64,000 nt of DNA, taken from contig CAZFHY010000002.1 of the NCBI GenBank assembly GCA_964519305.1, positions 96,001 to 160,000 of the forward strand. The letters run 5' to 3'. The stretch is from Candidatus Undinarchaeota archaeon. Lineage in GTDB: Archaea > SpSt-1190 > JASMDC01. The position numbers and the translations under genes were made by a program. Below, piece by piece: positions 50,237 through 58,781 of this stretch (positions are counted from its first letter, which is position 1; every line of letters begins with the position of its first letter). Below the pieces are notes generated by a model. That model ran no database searches. It saw only the letters and a program-made list of their open reading frames with translations, and had not been told where the DNA came from.

Positions 50237-53200
50237 TTACATGTACGACCATACCGACAGTTTAACCCACGCGAATCCGACCCTTCGGCTGTTAGATGTC
50301 ACTGCATAGGTAGCCGTGGCCGTCGTGGTCGAGGGATTGGCCTCGCGGGACGGGAAAGGCGTACCCCCGTCCAGTGTCACCGGCCGCTCCATCTCCACTA
50401 TGAACGGTGCAGCGCGTCGGCGGAAGAAGTCGTCGCTCTCCCTGAAGTCCTCCTTGAACACGCGAACGCTCCCAAGGAACGGGTACGCTTCGAACGCTTT
50501 AGGAGAATCGGATGTAGGTGCGATCGTGATGTTCGTGCCACCGCTGCCCTCCACGCGGAGGGAGTCCACGTACAGCGAGCGTGTCCCCGTCGCTATCGAA
50601 TCCAGGTCCTCGATGGTAAGGAACACGTGCTTGAAGGGCTTCTCACCCCACAGGTCCTCCAGATCGAAGCTCATCGTCGTCCAGTCAGGGATGTCCGTGT
50701 CACCCCATCGGGCGACCGTAAATCTACCAGTGCCATCGGGAAGCATGCCCAACTGTAGACTGGAGCGACCACCATGGGCGGTGTAGGCACGCTTGGCCCT
50801 GATGAATAGCTTCGATCCGACGGTCGAGAACTGGTGCGGCATATCGAGTCTCAGGAGCACGTCCTCACCAGTGTTCTCCGTGGCATCAGCGGTGAGGCTC
50901 ATGACTCCGTCGTTAGCAGCAAGATTGTTCGTAGTACCGGCAGCGGCGATAGTGACTCCGGAGGTGTCCGCGAACTCGTCGTGCCAGCGGTCCTGGGAGA
51001 AGGTGGCCTTCTTGGCGTTCCCGGAGAGGACCGCGTAGGTGACGGTGCATACTCCGATGTTCCCGCACGGGAAGCCCCAGTCAGCGAACCATTCGTTATG
51101 GGTCGAGAAGTCCACCTCGTCTACGTCGAAAACGGGAGCGCCGTTCGCTTTCAAGGCCGTGAAGTTATAGATCGGGATGGAGATGGAGCCCGACATGGAG
51201 GGGAGGTCGCTATCCTTGTGCGGGATGAAGTACTTCGAGTAGAGGATATAGGGCGTATCATGGTATAGCTTGATGATATCTCGTGAGTTCATCGATGAGC
51301 TGTTCGTCGTCATGCGGAGCGAAGTGAACACAGGCCCGGTCTCATCGATGACCGCGGTCCGGTCCCCGGAGTTGGAGAATACGTGGCGTGTGATGTTCAT
51401 TTTCTCGTGGGCGACCCACAAGATGTCACAATCCTCGGAGGGTGTTTCGGTGCTACAGGGACCCAGGTGGATGTCGATAGGGGTGTTGTTCAGGGCGGCG
51501 ACATTTGTGACGAAGTCCTCGTCGATGATGTTGTCACCATCCCCGTCGGTGTAGTCCTTGCAGTCCTCATATGTTACGCAACGAAGGGAAAGGCAATCGT
51601 AGCACTGCTTGTCCAAGATGACCTCAAGATCCGTATCATAACCCTGATCGGATTCATCAGTGCCCACCGAGAATGAGAGATAGTACTCCTTGGCCTGTTG
51701 TGGTCGGAAGTCGTCCAGCCATGTGACCTGTACGCGAGGAGCATGCTCAGTGGCGGTTGTTTCGAGCGTGTACCAAGATGGATCTGCCACAGTGCCTGTG
51801 GAGACAGCGTCCTTGGGCAATGTAACCGAGTTCATGCCGTAGTATAAGTAGAACCGCCGTTGGAGCCGGTAGTTACCGGCAGAATTGATGAAGGGTATCT
51901 TTGGGAGGATGCTGACATAGGATGAGGGGTAGGGAGCGACAGCAATGCCCGTTTTCACCGAGTCGATGGCCTCTGTGGTGACACCGGCCGAGGTGGTGGA
52001 TGATGACGAATCCCCCCGGACGATGCCCAATGTTGTCATCTGATCGAGTGTGAGCCCTGACTCCAACGAGATGAGGGATGCCGCATCATCATTGAAGAGC
52101 GGGCTATCCCAGGTCGAGCTCGCAGAGTTGTCCGAAGCGCACCGCGGTCCGCCTTCATCATCCCGACTCTGGGGTTTGTAGATCGTGATGAACGCATTTG
52201 GTATAGCATTGCGCCAAACACGATCAGCGGAATCGACGGCCTCGTCGCGGATGGTCACGTTCAGTTCGAAGAGGTCGTAGATATCATTGACCTCGTGGAC
52301 CTCATCGCCCACCATGGTGGATGTACAGAGGTAGAAGCTCCCCTCGGCGGTCTCGTAGATATCCTTGTTGAAGTAGTAGGTGTCGTCCAACTTGCTCTGA
52401 TCGGGGCGGTCACCTCCACCGATGGGCTCCAAGGTGATGCAATTGTAGCCGAGGCAAGTGCCCGGGGCACCGGAGACGAACCCACGGAACTCGACCGACC
52501 GGTTCACACGCTCCGCGCGGATATGCCATCTGAACCGCCAAGCCCGCTCAAGGCGCACGGGCTGGAACCTGATTATCGAGATACCGGTACGTGCCCTGGA
52601 CTCCACGTATGTTTCGGCGTCACGCCACGCGGCAAGCGTGAACGGGATCTCCACATAATCGGAGTCACGTGTCAATTGGATCTGTGAATTAGTGGTGTCC
52701 ACCTTTCCGTTGACCGTAATTGCCCCGACGCTCTTACGCGGCGTGAGGTCCCCGTCCCCATTGTTGGGTGGATTGGTCGTCCAGTCCTCGATGATGCATT
52801 TGCCTGAGCCTGAATCGGCCTTCTGGACGTCAGCCGTGAAGCTCGGGCAGTCCGCGGCAGGGAGCTCGCCGTCGAGCGTGTTGAAATAGAGCCAGTGCGT
52901 GAGTATGGTCTCACGGTCCACGGCCGTGTCAAGTTTCCAGTCCACAGTGATAATGCACGTATCGCATGTGCAGCCGCCAGGCAAGGACACGGAGTGATCA
53001 ACGGGATCGCCCAATCGGTCCGTGACTATGAACGAGTTATGGTCGATGCCCTTATTACAGCTCATTCCCGTATGGTCGATGAGCTCATGGAGCTTGATGG
53101 TGATGCGGGCGTTATCGCTCACCTTGCTCGCGTCCTTCCCACGGGAGCGGAGCTTTATGCGGAATGACCAGCGCGGATCGAACCAATCCTCCATATAGAG

Positions 53201-53869
53201 CGCTAACGAGTTACGGTCCGGGTAGTCCAGGAATCCGTCGTCGTTGATGTCGGCGGGAGGTAGCTCCACCATGGGATTGCGACAGTTGAGGCCCTTTGCG
53301 ATGTCATCGTAGTAGTCGGCCTGGTCAGCGGTGCACTGGGATAAGGGAACGCTCACGTCCCGGCGCCAAAGATGATGCCAGGTGAGTGTAAAAGGGATAC
53401 GCATCCAGGGTCGGCTGGTCTGGAGGGGTGCTAGGACCTTACCATTCTCGTCCCTGAGCACGAAAGACCGTGTATCGGTGGCCAATGGAACGTCCACTGA
53501 TACCTCGACCGGATCACGCCTACGTGGCAGGCCTGATGTTTCCGTGACGGTCATGGGCACCATGTAGGTGACGGACGATGCGAAGCTCTCGCGTTCAGGG
53601 AACACTCCCCTGAGAGTCGTGTCGAGGCTTGCATAGTCGGCGCAGAACACCATGTCGCCCAGCAGACCACGCCTGTCCAGACCTGCGAGCACACCGATGA
53701 TCTGTTCTCTCAGCTCGTCGAGTTGCGCTCGTTTCTTGTCCTCGTGAACTCGTAGTGGCGTGTCCAGCATCCGCGATGTATAGAAGAGAAGGAGCATGAT
53801 CGCCAGTACGGCCTCCACCGAGTGCACGAATCCACGCTCGTCGTGCATCAGGGAGCGTCTACGTCTCAT
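50237..53869 (-). CDS. Giant pilin-like surface protein A (paralog of 46575-50225)
   Basis: DERG/FVHSVEAVLAIMLLLFY; shared blocks (DYPD..S..LYM.DW, LYFNT, FYLCT, APYPSSY); SD GAGGTGA. Confidence 0.8.
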   Translation of the reverse strand: MRRRRSLMHDERGFVHSVEAVLAIMLLLFYTSRMLDTPLRVHEDKKRAQLDELREQIIGVLAGLDRRGLLGDMVFCADYASLDTTLRGVFPERESFASSVTYMVPMTVTETSGLPRRRDPVEVSVDVPLATDTRSFVLRDENGKVLAPLQTSRPWMRIPFTLTWHHLWRRDVSVPLSQCTADQADYYDDIAKGLNCRNPMVELPPADINDDGFLDYPDRNSLALYMEDWFDPRWSFRIKLRSRGKDASKVSDNARITIKLHELIDHTGMSCNKGIDHNSFIVTDRLGDPVDHSVSLPGGCTCDTCIITVDWKLDTAVDRETILTHWLYFNTLDGELPAADCPSFTADVQKADSGSGKCIIEDWTTNPPNNGDGDLTPRKSVGAITVNGKVDTTNSQIQLTRDSDYVEIPFTLAAWRDAETYVESRARTGISIIRFQPVRLERAWRFRWHIRAERVNRSVEFRGFVSGAPGTCLGYNCITLEPIGGGDRPDQSKLDDTYYFNKDIYETAEGSFYLCTSTMVGDEVHEVNDIYDLFELNVTIRDEAVDSADRVWRNAIPNAFITIYKPQSRDDEGGPRCASDNSASSTWDSPLFNDDAASLISLESGLTLDQMTTLGIVRGDSSSSTTSAGVTTEAIDSVKTGIAVAPYPSSYVSILPKIPFINSAGNYRLQRRFYLYYGMNSVTLPKDAVSTGTVADPSWYTLETTATEHAPRVQVTWLDDFRPQQAKEYYLSFSVGTDESDQGYDTDLEVILDKQCYDCLSLRCVTYEDCKDYTDGDGDNIIDEDFVTNVAALNNTPIDIHLGPCSTETPSEDCDILWVAHEKMNITRHVFSNSGDRTAVIDETGPVFTSLRMTTNSSSMNSRDIIKLYHDTPYILYSKYFIPHKDSDLPSMSGSISIPIYNFTALKANGAPVFDVDEVDFSTHNEWFADWGFPCGNIGVCTVTYAVLSGNAKKATFSQDRWHDEFADTSGVTIAAAGTTNNLAANDGVMSLTADATENTGEDVLLRLDMPHQFSTVGSKLFIRAKRAYTAHGGRSSLQLGMLPDGTGRFTVARWGDTDIPDWTTMSFDLEDLWGEKPFKHVFLTIEDLDSIATGTRSLYVDSLRVEGSGGTNITIAPTSDSPKAFEAYPFLGSVRVFKEDFRESDDFFRRRAAPFIVEMERPVTLDGGTPFPSREANPSTTTATATYAVTSNSRRVGFAWVKLSVWSYM

Positions 53870-54602
53870 CAGCTCTCACCTCTCCGAACTCGAGCGACAC
53901 ATAGTCGTCGATCTCACCGCTACCTATGGCACAACCGGAGTTGCGGATGGCGTGGAGCACACCTGACACGATATTCCGTTCCTGATCGATCCCGTCGGAG
54001 CGGAAGGCGCGGAACAGCCCTGCCTCATAAGCGACCAGTGCCACCTCGGCCGACCGGATGATCTGGACGTTCTTTGTATAATCCAAGAACTGCTGAAGGG
54101 AGTGCTCGTTGACGTAAACCTTCGCCTTTGTCCGCCGTTCGATGATGCGCTCCAGTTCCAGCGGGTCCTCGATAAGGAACCTCGTCGTCTTCTCGTCGAT
54201 GAGGAGTACGTTGGCATTCATGTGACGCGTCATCGCCACGGCCTCAGCTTCGCCGAGATGGAATATCTTGGCATAGCGCCCGCTCCTTCCTTTACGGGGT
54301 CTACCGATTGCGAAGATCGAGTTCCCCCAGGAGAGCAGCTGCTCAGCGTCCACTGCCACGTTAGTCTTCAGCTCGGGGTCCTCCGGTATGACTATGTCAC
54401 CCTGCTCCAAGGCCCGCACCACGCGGATGGCCTCGAACCTGTATCTCGTGGACTTGAGCGGCTTGTCGATTAGCTCACGACGGACCGACGGTGGGATGAT
54501 GAAATCCCCTCTCATCCGCTCACGCAGTGAAGGTAGGAGCCACAGCAGGCAATTTGTGGCGAGAGAAATGATGCTCGATGCGTCGCATACGATGTCCGTC
54601 AT
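53859..54602 (-). CDS. PIN-domain protein (DUF3368/COG2405-like)
   Basis: IVCDASSII, IPPSVRRE, HLGEAEA, LLIDEKTTR. Confidence 0.75.
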   Translation of the reverse strand: MTDIVCDASSIISLATNCLLWLLPSLRERMRGDFIIPPSVRRELIDKPLKSTRYRFEAIRVVRALEQGDIVIPEDPELKTNVAVDAEQLLSWGNSIFAIGRPRKGRSGRYAKIFHLGEAEAVAMTRHMNANVLLIDEKTTRFLIEDPLELERIIERRTKAKVYVNEHSLQQFLDYTKNVQIIRSAEVALVAYEAGLFRAFRSDGIDQERNIVSGVLHAIRNSGCAIGSGEIDDYVSLEFGEVRADET

Positions 54603-55171
54603 CGTTCCTCCACCCTGAACACCTTTCGGGCCAGTTCGAGTCTGGACGTAACGGAACGAGTTACCTTCTCCTCGTCCACGATCTTGGTCTTGCCCGCATA
54701 GTCCATGACCTCCCACATGCTCGCGCCGGTGAGCTTGGCACTCATGCCGATGGAGAAGCCAATAGCATAGAGCGTGCTAGCCTTCTTGATCTTGGCCTTC
54801 TCGATCACCCAGTTGACGTGGTGGCCCACTTCAGCGTCCAGTTCTACCATAGCGTTGAACACGGTCCTGAATGACTCGCGCATACCCTTGATATCGCCGC
54901 TCTGCAGTCGCTCGGATGCACGGGCTAGGTTGTCCATTACCCGACCAAGGAAGGATGGCCAGCGACGTCCTTCACGGAAATACCGCTTCTGGAGGATCTT
55001 TGAGAGACTGTAGCTGATGATTGTAAGGCTGATCAGGTCCTGGTCATGGATGCGTGATGCCTCGCGGACCAGCCTGCTCGAGAGATCGCGCATCAACTGG
55101 TCATCGTGTTTCGCGACACCGTCGATGAGCTTGCTTAGGTCTTTCTGGAGACCTTCGTATCTCTTCCCGAT
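54599..55171 (-). CDS. Helical protein with C-terminal HTH (UPF0175-like); start uncertain (ATC 55171 or TTG 55096)
   Basis: LYAIGFSIGMSAKLTGASMWEVMDY HTH-like; overlaps PIN start (ATGA). Confidence 0.65.
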   Translation of the reverse strand: MGKRYEGLQKDLSKLIDGVAKHDDQLMRDLSSRLVREASRIHDQDLISLTIISYSLSKILQKRYFREGRRWPSFLGRVMDNLARASERLQSGDIKGMRESFRTVFNAMVELDAEVGHHVNWVIEKAKIKKASTLYAIGFSIGMSAKLTGASMWEVMDYAGKTKIVDEEKVTRSVTSRLELARKVFRVEER

Positions 55172-55214
55172 GAAGAAGTTGAGAGTCCTATCATTTATAT
55201 GGGTATCCCGTTTG

Positions 55215-55592
55215 CTAGAGCCGGGCCCTATAGGCCCGGTCCGCTTCGCGCATCAGCATCACGAATGTACCGAGCAGGAGAAGGAGCACACCCCACTCGC
55301 GCGTACCCATCCTTCCCTTGAAGAGTGTGTTGAGAGCAGAGAACGCCATCCAGTAGAGGGCGAGCCAGAGCAGCGCAACGATGTGGAGGGGGGATATCCC
55401 CTCCGGGCGGGTATCGATACCGAAGAACCGGGCAGCGTCACGCATCAGCCAGATGAGGAGACCGGTCCCGAGGGCGAACCTCACGAGGTTCGATGGGAGG
55501 GGGGAGATCAGGGGGTAGGCGGAGAGCACCAGCACGAGCCACACGAGGTGGTCCCGGTTCGGGCTCGCCACGATATTCGACCCTTCATGCAT
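55215..55592 (-). CDS. Small membrane protein (~4 TM)
   Basis: Hydrophobic segments; start overlaps the tfs stop. Confidence 0.6.
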   Translation of the reverse strand: MHEGSNIVASPNRDHLVWLVLVLSAYPLISPLPSNLVRFALGTGLLIWLMRDAARFFGIDTRPEGISPLHIVALLWLALYWMAFSALNTLFKGRMGTREWGVLLLLLGTFVMLMREADRAYRARL

Positions 55593-55932
55593 ACTCGCGC
55601 CAGGTGTGTCGGCACTTGGTACAGCGGAAGAACCGCGTCGAAGGTTCGTCCACGCCCCGCGTCTGAACGAGCCACCATAGCGCGCGTTTGTTCCCGCACT
55701 TAGGGCATTCGGCCTCGATGCTGGCCATGTTCTTCATGGCCTCTTCCTCATCTATGATCGCGACGTCCTCCTTCTTCGACACCTTCTTCTTCGTCTTCTT
55801 CTTCGTTTGGATCGTGAAGTCCTTCTTATCGGAGCCGACGGTGGCACCACACTTGGTACACTCCATCACGACCGTTCCATCCTCCAGTCTTTTAGGCAGC
55901 ATCATGCCGCTACAGTCCTTACAGAATTCCAT
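55585..55932 (-). CDS. tfs: Transcription factor S (TFS/RpoM)
   Basis: Two zinc ribbons; QTRGVDEPSTRFFRC with acidic DE hairpin. Confidence 0.93.
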   Translation of the reverse strand: MEFCKDCSGMMLPKRLEDGTVVMECTKCGATVGSDKKDFTIQTKKKTKKKVSKKEDVAIIDEEEAMKNMASIEAECPKCGNKRALWWLVQTRGVDEPSTRFFRCTKCRHTWREYA

Positions 55933-55947
55933 GATCATTCTCTCCTT

Positions 55948-56949
55948 TCACACCCTTCCTTTACACTCGCCCTCCATTATGCAGGCAACGACACTGCAAC
56001 TGGACTTGAGTAGGCATACTGGTGCTGCTTTTATAAGCCCGAGCTTAGGGATGCGTAACACAGCCCTCCCCTCGAGCATGTCGGGGGTCACCGCCCATCT
56101 GTCAGGGCCCGCGTTATGGTCCCCACGGGTGGCTAGGGCACGCACCTTCGTACATGGGACCTCACCCTTGTTGGCGCAAGCGACGCCAACGGCCCGGTGC
56201 ACGATGGGCATCGGAACACGGCTGTGATAGTACACGATTACGTCCCCCACGCGGATGCCCTCCGCTTTGGTCCCCACGACGAGCAGCACGTCACCACCAG
56301 TGAATCCGTTGGAGATGGGGAAATCGTTCTCCTTCACCCATGCGGCATATTCCTCGTTAGTATTATCATGCTTCATGCTGTTCGATACGACCGCAACGAT
56401 CGGTGTGCTCGTGGCGAGCGTAGCGTGGAGCACGAAAAGGATGGCCTTGGCGAGCACGATGGCATACACAAGGCACATGCTCGTTTCGCTGATATGCTCC
56501 TCGGGATCGATGAACTCCGTCCAAACGAACACGACGAGGGTCAAAAGACCCGTGGCGAACAGAGAGTTGAGTCCAGGGATCTCAGTGAAGATGAAGAGTA
56601 GGAGTATGAAGGTGAGAAGGTAGTGGCCGACGACATCTTCCTTGCGGATGACTATGCACACTCCAACACCGAGCACGAGCGAGATAGCCAGTACCTGCAG
56701 CATTGGTGGGCTTGGGGTAATGAACGAGTTCGCCATCTGGGTGAATACATAGACGAGGAGAAGGAGGATAAGCAAGAGCTCGGCCGCGTCCCTCCGGTCC
56801 GCCGGGACGAATCCCGAGTCAATGGTGGACCTATCTCTTTTCTTTTCCGGTGAACTTTTAGGGACTTCTTGTGTTTTCTTCTTCTTCGGAGCCGACGAAG
56901 AACGATCATCTCGTTTCTTTTTTTTCGCGCCAGCTCGCTTCCGCGCCAT
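55948..56949 (-). CDS. sec11: Signal peptidase I (Sec11-type) with extra N-terminal TM segments
   Basis: VVSNSM, GDVLLV, GDVIVY, PIVHR, TRGDHN...D. Confidence 0.85.
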   Translation of the reverse strand: MARKRAGAKKKKRDDRSSSAPKKKKTQEVPKSSPEKKRDRSTIDSGFVPADRRDAAELLLILLLLVYVFTQMANSFITPSPPMLQVLAISLVLGVGVCIVIRKEDVVGHYLLTFILLLFIFTEIPGLNSLFATGLLTLVVFVWTEFIDPEEHISETSMCLVYAIVLAKAILFVLHATLATSTPIVAVVSNSMKHDNTNEEYAAWVKENDFPISNGFTGGDVLLVVGTKAEGIRVGDVIVYYHSRVPMPIVHRAVGVACANKGEVPCTKVRALATRGDHNAGPDRWAVTPDMLEGRAVLRIPKLGLIKAAPVCLLKSSCSVVACIMEGECKGRV

Positions 56950-56982
56950 CAGACGTTGTCCCTCGTAGTTATCATGACCATC

Positions 56983-58257
56983 TCACCAAACGACCAGCGT
57001 CATTCGCGCAATGGCCTTCTCCCCGGATGGATATTTAATCGTGATGTAGCGTTCGACGCTGGCCGATGCCGTCCCCTTGGGCGGTGGGATACCGCGTTCG
57101 ATTATGAGGAACGATCCCTCTACGCTCACCTGGAACGGTGCTACGTACGGTGTGATCGAGTTGCCTCCCGCGTCCCGAGAGATTATCGTGATGTTGCCGT
57201 GATAGGTTCCCGGTTCGTTCATGAAGAACGTGGTAGAGAAGACAGCAGTATCGCCTTTACGGAGGAAAGCGAAGTGGTCTGGATTGAGCTCGATATCGGC
57301 CTGGTACCTATTGACCGCCCTGGTCTCGGGTTCCCCCTCCGGCCGTATTACCGTGTGCACCCGGGGTTTGAGACGGATACCTCGCATATCTGATGGAGCG
57401 GTGAGCTCTAGATTGAGGCTGCAAGTGTTTCCTCGTATCGGATAGATCGAGCAGTTGATAAGAGGTGGGAACAGGATGGCCGTGCGGGCAGGTTCATCGC
57501 CGATGACGTTCATGTCGATGGCCCGATAGCCCATCGCCTCGGTCGAGTTGAGCAGCGCCAGTATCGTGTAGGTTCCTGGTGCATCGTAATCCTCGAAGGC
57601 GTACTCCACCTCGCAGAGCCTGCGAGTTTCATGCTTCGCTTCCAGCTGGACCACGGCCCGACCTTCCTTGAGAACGAAGGGTATGCAATTGAGATCGACG
57701 TCGCTCCGGTTGACGTAGAAGATTGCAGTGATGTTGGACCGCGTCTTGTTGATGTTCGCACAAATGGGCATGTAGGAGTAGCAATGGAGGTAACCGTCTT
57801 GGGGAGAACCTGCGATAGCGTTGATCGAGAGAGTTGGTACCCTCTCGATGCGTAAGTGGAACGTCTTGTTGGGCATGTTCATGGCCCGGACCATCTTTGT
57901 ATAGTTACGGGCAGACTTGATGGCCTCGTCGTACAGGCCGGAGAACTCGTGCAACTTCTCTATGCTCAGGACAGGTTCATCGGCGTCGGAGAACCCGATT
58001 CGGAGGTAATTATTCTTCCCCCAATGATCACAGTTCTTATTGGCGACGCAGTCGCACTCCTCGTCACAGCCCGCATCGTTCGTGAGCTGCCACACAAGTT
58101 GCTGAGCAGCGATACGGAGTGTCTCCTCGTAGGAGAAGGCCAGATAGCGGTTCACCGATTGGGTGTACTGCATGATGGTGATGCTGAATATCATGGCGAA
58201 GAGAAGGAGGCTGACCATGAATTCGAGGTTGAGCTGGCCGCGGGACCGCACCGTCAC
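56983..58257 (-). CDS. Type IV pilin-like protein (class III signal peptide) with inserted Ig-like domains
   Basis: RSRG/QLNLEFMVSLLLFAMIF; C-terminal ..SVERY...ARMTLVVW; GTG start 24 nt after ATATAA. Confidence 0.78.
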   Translation of the reverse strand: MTVRSRGQLNLEFMVSLLLFAMIFSITIMQYTQSVNRYLAFSYEETLRIAAQQLVWQLTNDAGCDEECDCVANKNCDHWGKNNYLRIGFSDADEPVLSIEKLHEFSGLYDEAIKSARNYTKMVRAMNMPNKTFHLRIERVPTLSINAIAGSPQDGYLHCYSYMPICANINKTRSNITAIFYVNRSDVDLNCIPFVLKEGRAVVQLEAKHETRRLCEVEYAFEDYDAPGTYTILALLNSTEAMGYRAIDMNVIGDEPARTAILFPPLINCSIYPIRGNTCSLNLELTAPSDMRGIRLKPRVHTVIRPEGEPETRAVNRYQADIELNPDHFAFLRKGDTAVFSTTFFMNEPGTYHGNITIISRDAGGNSITPYVAPFQVSVEGSFLIIERGIPPPKGTASASVERYITIKYPSGEKAIARMTLVVW

Positions 58258-58355
58258 TCCGAAAGATGCCCGAGCCACGCTTATATCCTTTTCTGCGGAA
58301 CGGCCGGCGGCTATCCCAAAATCCTTTTAACTGATTACGGTCAAAACCAAAACGG

Positions 58356-58661
58356 ATGATACCCACCTTCGTGCTGCAGTATGGCGGTCAGTACGGTAAC
58401 TACGCCCAGCAGGGCTATGGCCAGTATGGTGCCTACGGCCAGCAGCAGTACGGAGCGTACGGCCAGCAAGGAGCATATGGCCAGGGAGGGGGTGCCGGCG
58501 GAGCTGCTGCCGGTGGTGGCCAGGGGGGTGTCGGTCCACTCGGGCTCGTAGGAGCAGTAGTGGCCCTGATAGTCATCATCATCGCCCTCAAGCACATCCT
58601 TGGCGAGGATACGTTCTGCCCGATGTTCATCATCGAGAGCCTGTGCTACAAGCTACCTTAA
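58356..58661 (+). CDS. Small membrane protein with Gly/Gln/Tyr low-complexity N-terminus
   Basis: QYGGQYGNYAQQGYGQYGAYGQQQYGAYGQQGAYGQGGG + one TM helix; TTTTAA 26 nt upstream. Confidence 0.7.
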   Translation: MIPTFVLQYGGQYGNYAQQGYGQYGAYGQQQYGAYGQQGAYGQGGGAGGAAAGGGQGGVGPLGLVGAVVALIVIIIALKHILGEDTFCPMFIIESLCYKLP

Positions 58662-58781
58662 TGGTATGCTTGGGATCCGGGATTGTTGGCCTGACCAGAA
58701 CTCCTTGGTGTGTATTAATACCAGTAAATTAAAGGGTCAGTTGAGAGTAAGTACTGAACACGATGAACCCTCTCCCATATA

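Noticed and set aside
55017-55703. 228-aa plus-strand ORF
   Set aside because: Overlaps three minus-strand genes; no motifs or promoter
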